The notes below the pieces were generated by a model. It saw only the letters and a list, made by a program, of their open reading frames with translations, did no database searches and was not told the origin of the DNA. Source: a virus (Duplodnaviria; Caudoviricetes). From it: DNA of 42,942 bases. The stretch spans positions 1 to 42,942 of IMG/VR virus record IMGVR_UViG_3300045999_003241; one strand, written 5' to 3'. This document shows positions 1 to 7,088 of this stretch, piece by piece. Position 1 is the stretch's first letter. Every line of letters starts with the position of its first letter. A program made the position numbers and the translations under genes.

Positions 1-26
1 CCTATTAACAATTCTCATGCGTGTAG

Positions 27-436
27 TGACTCGTAAGTGAGTCATCCTATGCAAAGTGTTACTCCTTTGACTTTGCAGCTTGTTCCTAACGCAAAACTAG
101 CGGCTTTCATCTGTAAGCGTAGAGTCAATCTTGGTTAGTGCTTGACACCACTAGCTAGCTATTTACTCAGGCACTAGCTCCCTTGTTGCTCAACCACTTA
201 TCAGCTCTGGCCCCATAAAGCAGGGTTCTTTCCTTTCAGCGAGTTACTTTGGTATCAATGTTGTCGTTAGTAGCTAACACTCAACGACATGCCAAAGCTG
301 ATAAGTGGTTAGTCTGGAACCGCGAAACCAGACTACATTTGCTTTGCTCCATGCATAGAGCATTGCGCGATATTTAGAGCCTTCCTATCCGTGGGTTCAC
401 AGCTCGATTTCGGATTCATACCAAGTCAGGAAGGCT
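27..436 (-). ncRNA. Candidate structured leader RNA of the pL transcript
   Basis: No ORF >=60 aa here. Chain of inverted repeats including a perfect 15-bp pair (192-206 / 296-310), AGCCTTCCT/AGGAAGGCT (~378-436), TAGTCTGG/CCAGACTA (310-335), GCAAAGT/ACTTTGC (51-76) and TGACTC/GAGTCA (27-44). Lies directly downstream of pL. Confidence 0.45.
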
Positions 437-475
437 TATCTTGATTCGCGGTGTTTTGCGTTTCTCGATGTATGC

Positions 476-504
476 ATAGTAGCAAACGCTACGATCAAAT
501 GCAA
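476..504 (-). promoter_or_regulatory. pL, leftward early promoter
   Basis: Minus strand TTGCAT-N17-TACTAT with extended -10 TGn; an operator lies in the spacer. Confidence 0.75.
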
Positions 505-520
505 TAGCAAACGCTACGAT
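479..520. promoter_or_regulatory. OL operators (2 x TAGCAAACGCTA)
   Basis: Direct repeat TAGCAAACGCTACGAT at 480-495 and 505-520. The TAGC-N4-GCTA dyad matches the sites between cI and cro. Confidence 0.8.
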
Positions 521-581
521 TTATTAAAATATTTTTTGTGCGGTGCGATGTGTGGTTTTTACTGATAATTTACAGAATTTA

Positions 582-615
582 TTACGTGTAAAATTTACGT
601 GTAAGTTACGTGTAA
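582..615. repeat. Three copies of TTACGTGTAA (TTAC-N2-GTAA dyad)
   Basis: Exact copies at 582-591, 595-604 and 606-615. Confidence 0.85.
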
Positions 616-641
616 AGAATTGAAGGGGAGTGAATGGGCGT

Positions 642-668
642 AAAAAAACCCGCATTGCGCGGGTCTTT
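642..668 (-). terminator. Rho-independent terminator of the cI operon
   Basis: ACCCGC-N5-GCGGGT stem followed by T7 on the minus strand, just past the 686..889 gene. Confidence 0.85.
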
Positions 669-685
669 AATGGTGATTCTAATGT

Positions 686-889
686 TTATTCTTTTCTGCG
701 GGTTACTTCTACATATACGCCTTGATACATTAGCTCGACACTTCCAGTCCATCGATCTAACTTATAAGCTGGCGCGTGATTTCCTTCACCTCCTGCATTG
801 GCAGGAATAACCGTATATCTAAACAGGCACGCAAAAGTCACAAGCATGACTACTAATATGGATATTAATTGTATGGGTGTTAGTTTCAT
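686..889 (-). CDS. Small single-TM membrane protein co-transcribed with cI (candidate superinfection exclusion or lysogenic conversion)
   Basis: Hydrophobic N-terminus and a DRWTG motif; starts 16 nt after the cI stop and is followed by a terminator. Confidence 0.65.
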   Translation of the reverse strand: MKLTPIQLISILVVMLVTFACLFRYTVIPANAGGEGNHAPAYKLDRWTGSVELMYQGVYVEVTRRKE

Positions 890-905
890 TGTTATCTTTG
901 TTGGT

Positions 906-1640
906 TTAAAAATCGGTGCTTTCCCAAACTTTAATTACTCGCGCCAAAACTTCAAACTCCATGTCTTTAGTAATGGTCCACGCTTCATACTTCTTATTCT
1001 CTGAAATTGCGCGTATTCCTACGCCCGGGATTCTCTGCAATGTCTTAATAAATCCTTCTTCTCCAATTCTGAAAAAATAAACCCCATCAAAATCAATTGT
1101 TTTAACGCCTGAATCGACTAGCAGAGGATCGCCGGGGTTATACATTCCACGCATTGAGTCGCCAAAGCCGGTAACGATGCATAGATTTTGAATTGATGAA
1201 TAGTGCCTTACATTTTTTCTTACCCATTCTTCATTGACGCGAATGCTTGATATTTCACCTGGCTGATCTTGCAGAATAAGTCCTCTCCCCATTGATCCAG
1301 CCACATCATTGTATTGAGTAATAACAATGTCATTAGGCTGATTGTTTATGTCTAACTCCTGATTATCAGGATATTGCATGTTAGCAATTTTGATGCCAGT
1401 AGCATCATCTTTGGGCAACACATCGGCACTGCCAAACCAATTATTGAACTTCCTGATTGAAGTAATTTTATCGACAGTCTTTTCAGAAATTGGCCTGCTA
1501 CCAGAGAGCATTTGCCTCACAAACGCACCATCCTTATAGCCTAAAAATTTTCCAAGCTCATCTTTTTGGCCGTTGAAATGGGTATCTAAAAGCGATTTAA
1601 GCCTATCAATACGCGCAAGATTTTTATCTTTAGTGTTCAT
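906..1640 (-). CDS. cI: CI-type phage repressor (HTH + S24/LexA-like peptidase)
   Basis: N-terminal HTH, GSMGRG cleavage loop, GDSM catalytic Ser and FIKTL catalytic Lys; divergent from cro. Confidence 0.92.
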   Translation of the reverse strand: MNTKDKNLARIDRLKSLLDTHFNGQKDELGKFLGYKDGAFVRQMLSGSRPISEKTVDKITSIRKFNNWFGSADVLPKDDATGIKIANMQYPDNQELDINNQPNDIVITQYNDVAGSMGRGLILQDQPGEISSIRVNEEWVRKNVRHYSSIQNLCIVTGFGDSMRGMYNPGDPLLVDSGVKTIDFDGVYFFRIGEEGFIKTLQRIPGVGIRAISENKKYEAWTITKDMEFEVLARVIKVWESTDF

Positions 1641-1675
1641 GGATAAATACTAACAAAACAAAAAATAGCATTGGC
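1641..1675 (-). promoter_or_regulatory. PRM-like promoter (leaderless cI mRNA)
   Basis: Minus strand TGtTAGTAT followed by 6 nt and the cI ATG; weak -35 overlapped by an operator; no SD. Confidence 0.6.
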
Positions 1676-1711
1676 TACTAAAAAACGGTTGCATATCGTA
1701 GCAATTGCTAC
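1666..1711. promoter_or_regulatory. OR operators
   Basis: TAGCATTGGCTA (1666-1677) and the perfect palindrome GTAGCAATTGCTAC (1698-1711). Confidence 0.8.
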
Positions 1712-1717
1712 TAAAAT
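1689..1717 (+). promoter_or_regulatory. pR, rightward early promoter
   Basis: TTGCAT-N17-TAAAAT with an operator in the spacer; same -35 as pL. Confidence 0.8.
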
Positions 1718-1724
1718 GTTTTTC

Positions 1725-1973
1725 ATGAACCTGAAAACATATTTCTCCCAAAAAATTTCTAAGTCGATTAACGAACTTTCTCAAGAGATTGGCGTTAGCG
1801 CGGCGCAACTTCGCCAATGGGTACACGGCTACCAAAATAGACGACCAAGCCCTGAGAACTGCGTAGCAATCGAATATGCCACTAACAAACAAGTGACTCG
1901 CAAAGATTTGCGTCCTCACGACTGGCAAAAAATCTGGCCTGAACTACAGGAGCTAAACCCATGTGACACCTAA
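1725..1973 (+). CDS. cro: Cro-like HTH repressor (YdaS family)
   Basis: HTH (LSQEIGVSAAQLRQW) and C-terminal VTRKDLRPHDWQKIWPEL. Start moved to ATG 1725 because the longer ORF-track start would overlap OR/pR. Confidence 0.88.
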   Translation: MNLKTYFSQKISKSINELSQEIGVSAAQLRQWVHGYQNRRPSPENCVAIEYATNKQVTRKDLRPHDWQKIWPELQELNPCDT

Positions 1974-2025
1974 CTAAAACACTCAAAACACCGAAAGCCT
2001 GCAACAAATTTAAAGGAAAAACATC

Positions 2026-2304
2026 ATGAAAAAAAATAGCGATATTTGGTTAAAAGTCGGAGTCAACGCAGATCAATATTTAGAAGCGTCCGATTTCTGC
2101 GAACAGCACGGTTTCAATATGTCTAGCTTGGGGCGAGTCGCAATACTCAAAATGATTCGACCTAATTTAGAAGAAGTAATTTTGAAGCCGCATGTAAATA
2201 GTACCTCTCAAGTCCATCAAAAACGAAGTCCTGAAAAAAGCCAGAAAGTGGCTATGCAAAGCCATCGAGTTCACGAACATAGACGGTTAAAAATGCTTCG
2301 GTGA
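2026..2304 (+). CDS. Putative ribbon-helix-helix regulator in the cII position
   Basis: AAAGGA SD; beta-helix-helix pattern (IWLKVGV...ASDFCEQHGFNMSSLGRVAI); synteny. Confidence 0.5.
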   Translation: MKKNSDIWLKVGVNADQYLEASDFCEQHGFNMSSLGRVAILKMIRPNLEEVILKPHVNSTSQVHQKRSPEKSQKVAMQSHRVHEHRRLKMLR

Positions 2305-2338
2305 ATAGATCGTTTAAAAACCAACAAAGGAACAATCA

Positions 2339-2509
2339 ATGGATCAGGCAGAAATAAAACTGACGAACTCAAGCATTGAAATGCGAAAGACAGAGAGAGA
2401 AATGATTGCTGATAAAGACAGTAAAGAGAAAAAGCAAGCCTACCTTAAAGCAAAATTAGTGTGGCGCGATGCGGCTGACGTAATGATTAAGCGCGGGGCG
2501 AATCCATGA
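2339..2509 (+). CDS. Hypothetical protein, 56 aa (MDQAEIKL...RGANP)
   Basis: AAAGGA SD; ATGA overlap with ninB; below the ORF-track size cut-off. Confidence 0.7.
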   Translation: MDQAEIKLTNSSIEMRKTEREMIADKDSKEKKQAYLKAKLVWRDAADVMIKRGANP

Positions 2510-2916
2510 CAAGCCTATACCGTGAATTCCCATTACGCCAGCCGAGCGCATGGACGAATTTATTCAACTTTGTCAAAGCTAATTGGCAAGCCTTCGCGGA
2601 TCGTGGCGAGTATCTAAGGGTAATCGTCACGAGCGACGAAAAGAAACGCTCAAACGAACAAAACAAGTTTTTTCATGGTCCTGTTCTGGATCAAATAACA
2701 GCACAAGCATGGTGGGACGGTAAGCAATATCCAAAGGAATTTTGGAAGGAGTATTTCCGTCAACGCTTTTTGCTCAAGTCTGAATTTACAACGCCAACTG
2801 GCGAAGTAATCAATACCTATTGGAGTACCGCAGATTTATCTGTTGGCGCTATGTCCGACTTTTTGAATAAGGTTCACGCAGAAGCAGCTTCCGAGTGGGG
2901 AGTGTGTTTCGAATGA
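2506..2916 (+). CDS. ninB: NinB/Orf-family recombination protein
   Basis: KRSNEQNKFFH and STADLSVGAMSDFL motifs. Confidence 0.8.
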   Translation: MTSLYREFPLRQPSAWTNLFNFVKANWQAFADRGEYLRVIVTSDEKKRSNEQNKFFHGPVLDQITAQAWWDGKQYPKEFWKEYFRQRFLLKSEFTTPTGEVINTYWSTADLSVGAMSDFLNKVHAEAASEWGVCFE

Positions 2917-3545
2917 GCTTTCAACGAATCAAACCGACCAAACCAAAGATGTGCAAGGTTTGTCACAAAAATCCTGTCTTTTCATTTGGTGCAAAAGTAT
3001 GCGGCGCAGAGTGTGCAACTAACTACGCTGTATCCCTACGTGCTAAGCAAGAACGGATCGAAACAAAGCGACTTGCAGCAATTGATCGCATCAACACCAG
3101 GACTCGCAAAGATGCTTTGAAATCTATTCACGAATGGATAGCGGAAGCACAGAAGGCTTTTAACGCCTATATCCGATTGCGTGACGCTGATCTTCCTTGC
3201 ATCTGCTGTGCAAATGACACTGTGACTAATCGTAAAGGTGAAATTATTGGATGGATTTCTGGCGGCGAGTTTGATGCTGGTCATTATCGTAGTCGCGGAA
3301 GTGCTGGGCATCTTCGATTCAATGAGGACAACTGCCATAAGCAGCGCAAGCAATGCAATCGCTATGCATCTGGTAACGCTGTCGAGTATCGCATTGGACT
3401 GATTAAACGCATCGGCATTGAACGAGTTGAAGCGCTTGAAAGTGACAACAAGCCGCACAAGTGGACTATCGAGGAACTTAAAGAAATCAAGGCTCGATAC
3501 ACAAAGAAATTCAAAGAATTAACAGCAGTAAAAACAAAACCCTGA
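2913..3545 (+). CDS. ninG: NinG/Rap-family endonuclease
   Basis: CxxC zinc motifs, AQKAFNAYIRLRD, DAGHYRSRG and LRFNEDNCHKQ; ATGA coupling to ninB. Confidence 0.9.
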   Translation: MSFQRIKPTKPKMCKVCHKNPVFSFGAKVCGAECATNYAVSLRAKQERIETKRLAAIDRINTRTRKDALKSIHEWIAEAQKAFNAYIRLRDADLPCICCANDTVTNRKGEIIGWISGGEFDAGHYRSRGSAGHLRFNEDNCHKQRKQCNRYASGNAVEYRIGLIKRIGIERVEALESDNKPHKWTIEELKEIKARYTKKFKELTAVKTKP

Positions 3546-3637
3546 CCTGCGCGAACAGTTCAGGGCTTCTATCAACACACTAACCAAGGTAATACGATGA
3601 GTAATCAAATTATAGACGAATACCATAAATTTGTAGA
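3531..3637 (-). ncRNA. Candidate oop-like antisense RNA (~3602 to ~3531) with its promoter and terminator
   Basis: Minus strand TCTACA-N17-TATAAT (3637-3609); hairpin 3540-3565 followed by TTTTGTTTTT on the minus strand. Confidence 0.55.
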
Positions 3638-5915
3638 ATCAAAGCGGATTTTATCAAAATATCATGGAATTGACGTGCCAATTGCGGATATTAGCAACGA
3701 ATTATTCGATTTTCAAAAGGTCATTGTTCAATGGGCATTGAAACTTGGACGTGCTGCTATTTTTGCAGATACGGGATTAGGAAAAACAGGTATGCAATTA
3801 ACCTGGGCCAGACACATTGCGAATCATACGAACGGCAATGTTCTTATTTTGGCCCCTTTGTGTGTCGCTCATCAAACAGTAAGTGAAGGTAAAAAATTCA
3901 ACGTAGATGTGAATTATTGCCGGTCCCAAGATCAAGTTAAATCAGGGGTCAACATTACCAACTACGAAATGTTGAAAAACTTTGATGTTTCGACTTTTAC
4001 TGGAATTGTCCTCGATGAGTCGTCAATTTTGAAGAGCTACATGGGAAAGACTAAGCGCGAAATTATTGAAGCATGCCAGTCGGTCGAGTATCGACTAGCA
4101 TGCACGGCAACGCCTTCCCCTAATGATTATCTTGAACTTGGTAATCATGCCGAATTTTTAGGCGTAATGCCATCCAATGAAATGATTATGCGGTTCTTCC
4201 AGAATGACACTATGGAAGCGGGGACTTACGTTTTAAAAGCGCATGCGGCTACGAAGTTTTGGGAATGGTGTGCAACTTGGTCGATGTGCGTTTCAAATCC
4301 TGCCGATCTTGGCTTTGACGGATCTAAGTACATTCTGCCAGGGATTCATCAGGAATTTATTGAAGTAAGCACAGATGGACTTCCTCCAGCAGAGGGTGAG
4401 CTTTTTAGAACCGTCACAATCAATGCAACATCAATACACAAAGAAGGCCGAATCACAATTGAAAGGCGAGCAGAGGAGGTAGCAAAGCTGGCAAATAGCA
4501 ATATGGAGCAATGGCTTGTTTGGTGTAACACCAATTACGAGGCTGATTCGCTCAAAGGGCTTATCCCTGATGCCGTTGATCTGCGAGGATCAGATTCTAT
4601 TGAGAAAAAGGAATCTGCCTTGAATGGGTTTATTGACGGGTCTATTCGAGTTCTTATCACTAAGCCTTCAATCGCTGGAATGGGGCTAAATCTACAGAAC
4701 TGTAGAAATATGGCATTTGTTGGGCTGTCATATTCCTATGAAGATTACTACCAGGCTATTCGCCGTTGCTATCGCTTTGGTCAAAAACGACAAGTTAATT
4801 GCTACGTTATGGCAGCAGATTCCGAACGATCAATTTTAAAAATAATCCAAGAAAAAGAAAGTGCCCACAACAAAATGAAAACGGAAATGACAAAAGCAAT
4901 ATCTGACGCGCATCTTAGAACAACGATGATTAACGATCAACCTTACCACGGATTTGAGCAAGGCGAAGATTTTACTTTACATCACGGCGACTGCGTGAAT
5001 GTCGCATCAAAAATTGAATCTAATTCAATCGGTTTTTCAGTCTATTCACCTCCTTTTTCAAACTTATATATTTACTCGGACAGTGAATATGACATGGGCA
5101 ATTCATCCGATGATGGTCAGTTCATGGCGCATTACGCCTACTTAGCAGAGGAATTGTTCCGAATTACAAAACAAGGCCGACTAACTGCCATTCATTGCAA
5201 AGATTTGCCTATGTATAAAGGCCGAGATGGTGCGGCTGGTCTGCGCGACTTTCCGGGCGAAATTATCAAGATGTACGAGTCAAAGGGTTGGCAATTTCAT
5301 AGCCGGATAACTATTTGGAAGGACCCCGTCATAGAGATGCAGCGCACCAAAAACCACGGGCTTCTTTACAAGCAACTCTGCAAAGATAGCGCAGCATCAA
5401 GACAAGGAATGGCAGATTACTTAATCGTGATGCGCAAGTGGGATGGCGAGAACGAATGGGAGTCTGTAACTCGTGACGGTGGCGAAAGGTTCTTTGATTA
5501 TATTGGATCATCGGCGCACGGACCAACGGCAAAAGACCTCGTGCGAGCTAGGAATGATAAAGAGCGCGAACGGCTGTATTCAATCGCGGTTTGGCAACGA
5601 TATGCATCTCCAGTTTGGTTTGATATTGACCAGACTAACGTCCTTAACTATCAACTGGCGCGTGAGAATAATGAGGAGCGCCACATTTGCCCATTACAAC
5701 TAGATGTTATCGAGCGCGCAATTGAGCTTTGGTCAAATCCAGGCGATTTAGTTTTTAGCCCATTTACAGGCATTGGATCAGAAGGCGTTGTCGCATTAAA
5801 AATGGGACGAAAATTCGTCGGGTCCGAGCTAAAAAAATCTTATTTTGATATTGCCAAGCGCAATCTGCACGATTCTAAGAGGGTCACAAAAGACCTTTTT
5901 AGCGATGCAGCTTAG
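3597..5915 (+). CDS. SNF2/SF2 helicase fused to an amino-DNA methyltransferase (beta class, SPPF)
   Basis: Helicase motifs DTGLGKT, LDESS, TATP and QAIRRCYRFGQ; MTase motif IV SPPF followed by motif I PFTGIGSE. Confidence 0.9.
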   Translation: MSNQIIDEYHKFVESKRILSKYHGIDVPIADISNELFDFQKVIVQWALKLGRAAIFADTGLGKTGMQLTWARHIANHTNGNVLILAPLCVAHQTVSEGKKFNVDVNYCRSQDQVKSGVNITNYEMLKNFDVSTFTGIVLDESSILKSYMGKTKREIIEACQSVEYRLACTATPSPNDYLELGNHAEFLGVMPSNEMIMRFFQNDTMEAGTYVLKAHAATKFWEWCATWSMCVSNPADLGFDGSKYILPGIHQEFIEVSTDGLPPAEGELFRTVTINATSIHKEGRITIERRAEEVAKLANSNMEQWLVWCNTNYEADSLKGLIPDAVDLRGSDSIEKKESALNGFIDGSIRVLITKPSIAGMGLNLQNCRNMAFVGLSYSYEDYYQAIRRCYRFGQKRQVNCYVMAADSERSILKIIQEKESAHNKMKTEMTKAISDAHLRTTMINDQPYHGFEQGEDFTLHHGDCVNVASKIESNSIGFSVYSPPFSNLYIYSDSEYDMGNSSDDGQFMAHYAYLAEELFRITKQGRLTAIHCKDLPMYKGRDGAAGLRDFPGEIIKMYESKGWQFHSRITIWKDPVIEMQRTKNHGLLYKQLCKDSAASRQGMADYLIVMRKWDGENEWESVTRDGGERFFDYIGSSAHGPTAKDLVRARNDKERERLYSIAVWQRYASPVWFDIDQTNVLNYQLARENNEERHICPLQLDVIERAIELWSNPGDLVFSPFTGIGSEGVVALKMGRKFVGSELKKSYFDIAKRNLHDSKRVTKDLFSDAA

Positions 5916-6117
5916 ATGTGTTTTTTGCGGTAGGGCGATGGATAAGGCTGAATTTTTTATTGGACCTTATCCAGTTGGCCCGACATGCGCAAGAAACAAG
6001 GGATTAACTGCATCGAGCGAAAAATCAACAAAGTCGATTGCAGTTAGGAACGATCAATTAGATTTATTTGGTGGCGAAAATGACGAGAAAACGAGTTCTA
6101 ACGAACGATCAAGTTAA
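5905..6117 (+). CDS. Small zinc-finger protein (CxxC...GPTC; DUF6011-like)
   Basis: MQLRCVFCGR...GPTCAR; overlaps the MTase stop. Confidence 0.65.
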   Translation: MQLRCVFCGRAMDKAEFFIGPYPVGPTCARNKGLTASSEKSTKSIAVRNDQLDLFGGENDEKTSSNERSS

Positions 6118-6241
6118 AGAAATTCGATCTAAATATTTGGCTTACGTGGTGGGCTATGCGCAATTAGCCAGAGAGTACGGCGTAGGCGAATCAACAATCC
6201 GTGATGTTGTGAAGTATTGGTCTTATGCGGGGGTTGCATGA
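6080..6241 (+). CDS. Small HTH DNA-binding protein, 53 aa
   Basis: MTRKRVLTNDQVKEIR...YAQLAREYGVGESTIRDVV is a clear HTH; GGTGG SD; not in the ORF track. Confidence 0.75.
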   Translation: MTRKRVLTNDQVKEIRSKYLAYVVGYAQLAREYGVGESTIRDVVKYWSYAGVA

Positions 6242-6357
6242 ATCAGTTAATGAAAATGGCGCAAAACGTCAAAAAACTAAACTCGCAAGACGCAAAGGGC
6301 CGGCAGGTTCATTTGTTACTAGCGTCACTGGCTGCAATGCTGAAAGCGGGGCGGTAA
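6238..6357 (+). CDS. Hypothetical protein, 39 aa
   Basis: ATGA overlap upstream and TAATG overlap with the initiator downstream. Confidence 0.55.
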   Translation: MNQLMKMAQNVKKLNSQDAKGRQVHLLLASLAAMLKAGR

Positions 6358-7088
6358 TGCATTACTACAAGCGCAATCTTGGCGATTATGCGAAGAAGGC
6401 GGGGCGGCTATCCATGCTTCAACACGGTTCGTACACGCTTTTGCTTGATTCGTGCTACGACCGTGAACAATTTCCTACGCTTGAGCAGGCCATTGAATGG
6501 ACTTGGGCATCCTCAACAGAGGAAATTGAAGCTATTAAATTTGTGCTTTCAAAGTTTTTTGTGCTGAGTTCTGACGGCACTTATGTTCAAGAGAGAGTAA
6601 AGCAAGAACTTCTTGAGTATCAAGCAAAAGCAGACACAAACAAACGAATCGCTATAGAAAGAGAAACGAAGCGTAAAGAGAAAAGCACGAACCGTGCACA
6701 ACACGTGAACGAAACGCCACCTAACCAAGAACCACTAACCACTAACCAAGAACCAATAGTAAAAGCTCTCGTCATTAGCCAAGCTAACGACAAGCCTGAC
6801 TGCCCACATCAGGAAATTATCGCTATCTATCATGAAGTCTTGCCGCAATGCCCAAAGGTTAGAGATTGGACGCAAGCAAGGCAAACGCAACTGCGCACAA
6901 GATGGAACGAAAGCGCAGATCGTCAAAACCTTGACTACTGGCGAAGATTTTTTAAATACGTTGGCGAATGTGACTTTCTGACAGGCCGCACACCAAAGCC
7001 GTTCTTTGCCGACTTGGAGTGGATCACCAAAACAGCCAACTTCACAAAAATACGTGAAGGAAAATATGAAAACAGAGGTGCAGCATGA
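6357..7088 (+). CDS. Replication initiator (DUF1376/YdaU-type)
   Basis: MHYYKRNLGDY...HGSYTLLLDSCY N-terminus and FADLEWI...KIREGKY C-terminus; upstream of DnaB; true start at ATG 6357. Confidence 0.85.
   Translation: MHYYKRNLGDYAKKAGRLSMLQHGSYTLLLDSCYDREQFPTLEQAIEWTWASSTEEIEAIKFVLSKFFVLSSDGTYVQERVKQELLEYQAKADTNKRIAIERETKRKEKSTNRAQHVNETPPNQEPLTTNQEPIVKALVISQANDKPDCPHQEIIAIYHEVLPQCPKVRDWTQARQTQLRTRWNESADRQNLDYWRRFFKYVGECDFLTGRTPKPFFADLEWITKTANFTKIREGKYENRGAA
6644..6755. repeat. Probable replication origin (iterons) inside the initiator gene
   Basis: ACGAANCG at 6644, 6666, 6687 and 6709 (21-22 bp period), then five tandem 7-mers (CT/AG)AACCA at 6721-6755. Confidence 0.7.

Noticed and set aside
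247-335. Hammerhead-ribozyme-like core on the + strand (CUGAUAA-stem-GAAAC)
   Set aside because: G8 is replaced by A without a compensating U3, stem I cannot form, and the bases are better explained by the perfect 15-bp and 8-bp hairpins.
1671-1724. Longer cro start from the ORF track
   Set aside because: It would run through OR and pR; ATG 1725 fits the family length.
3597-5915. Restriction-modification or DISARM/BREX-type defence system
   Set aside because: No nuclease or partner genes; the gene lies in the phage early lytic operon.
6225-6356. N-terminal extension of the initiator
   Set aside because: The family motif starts at MHYY (6357), and a coupled 39-aa ORF occupies this space in another frame.
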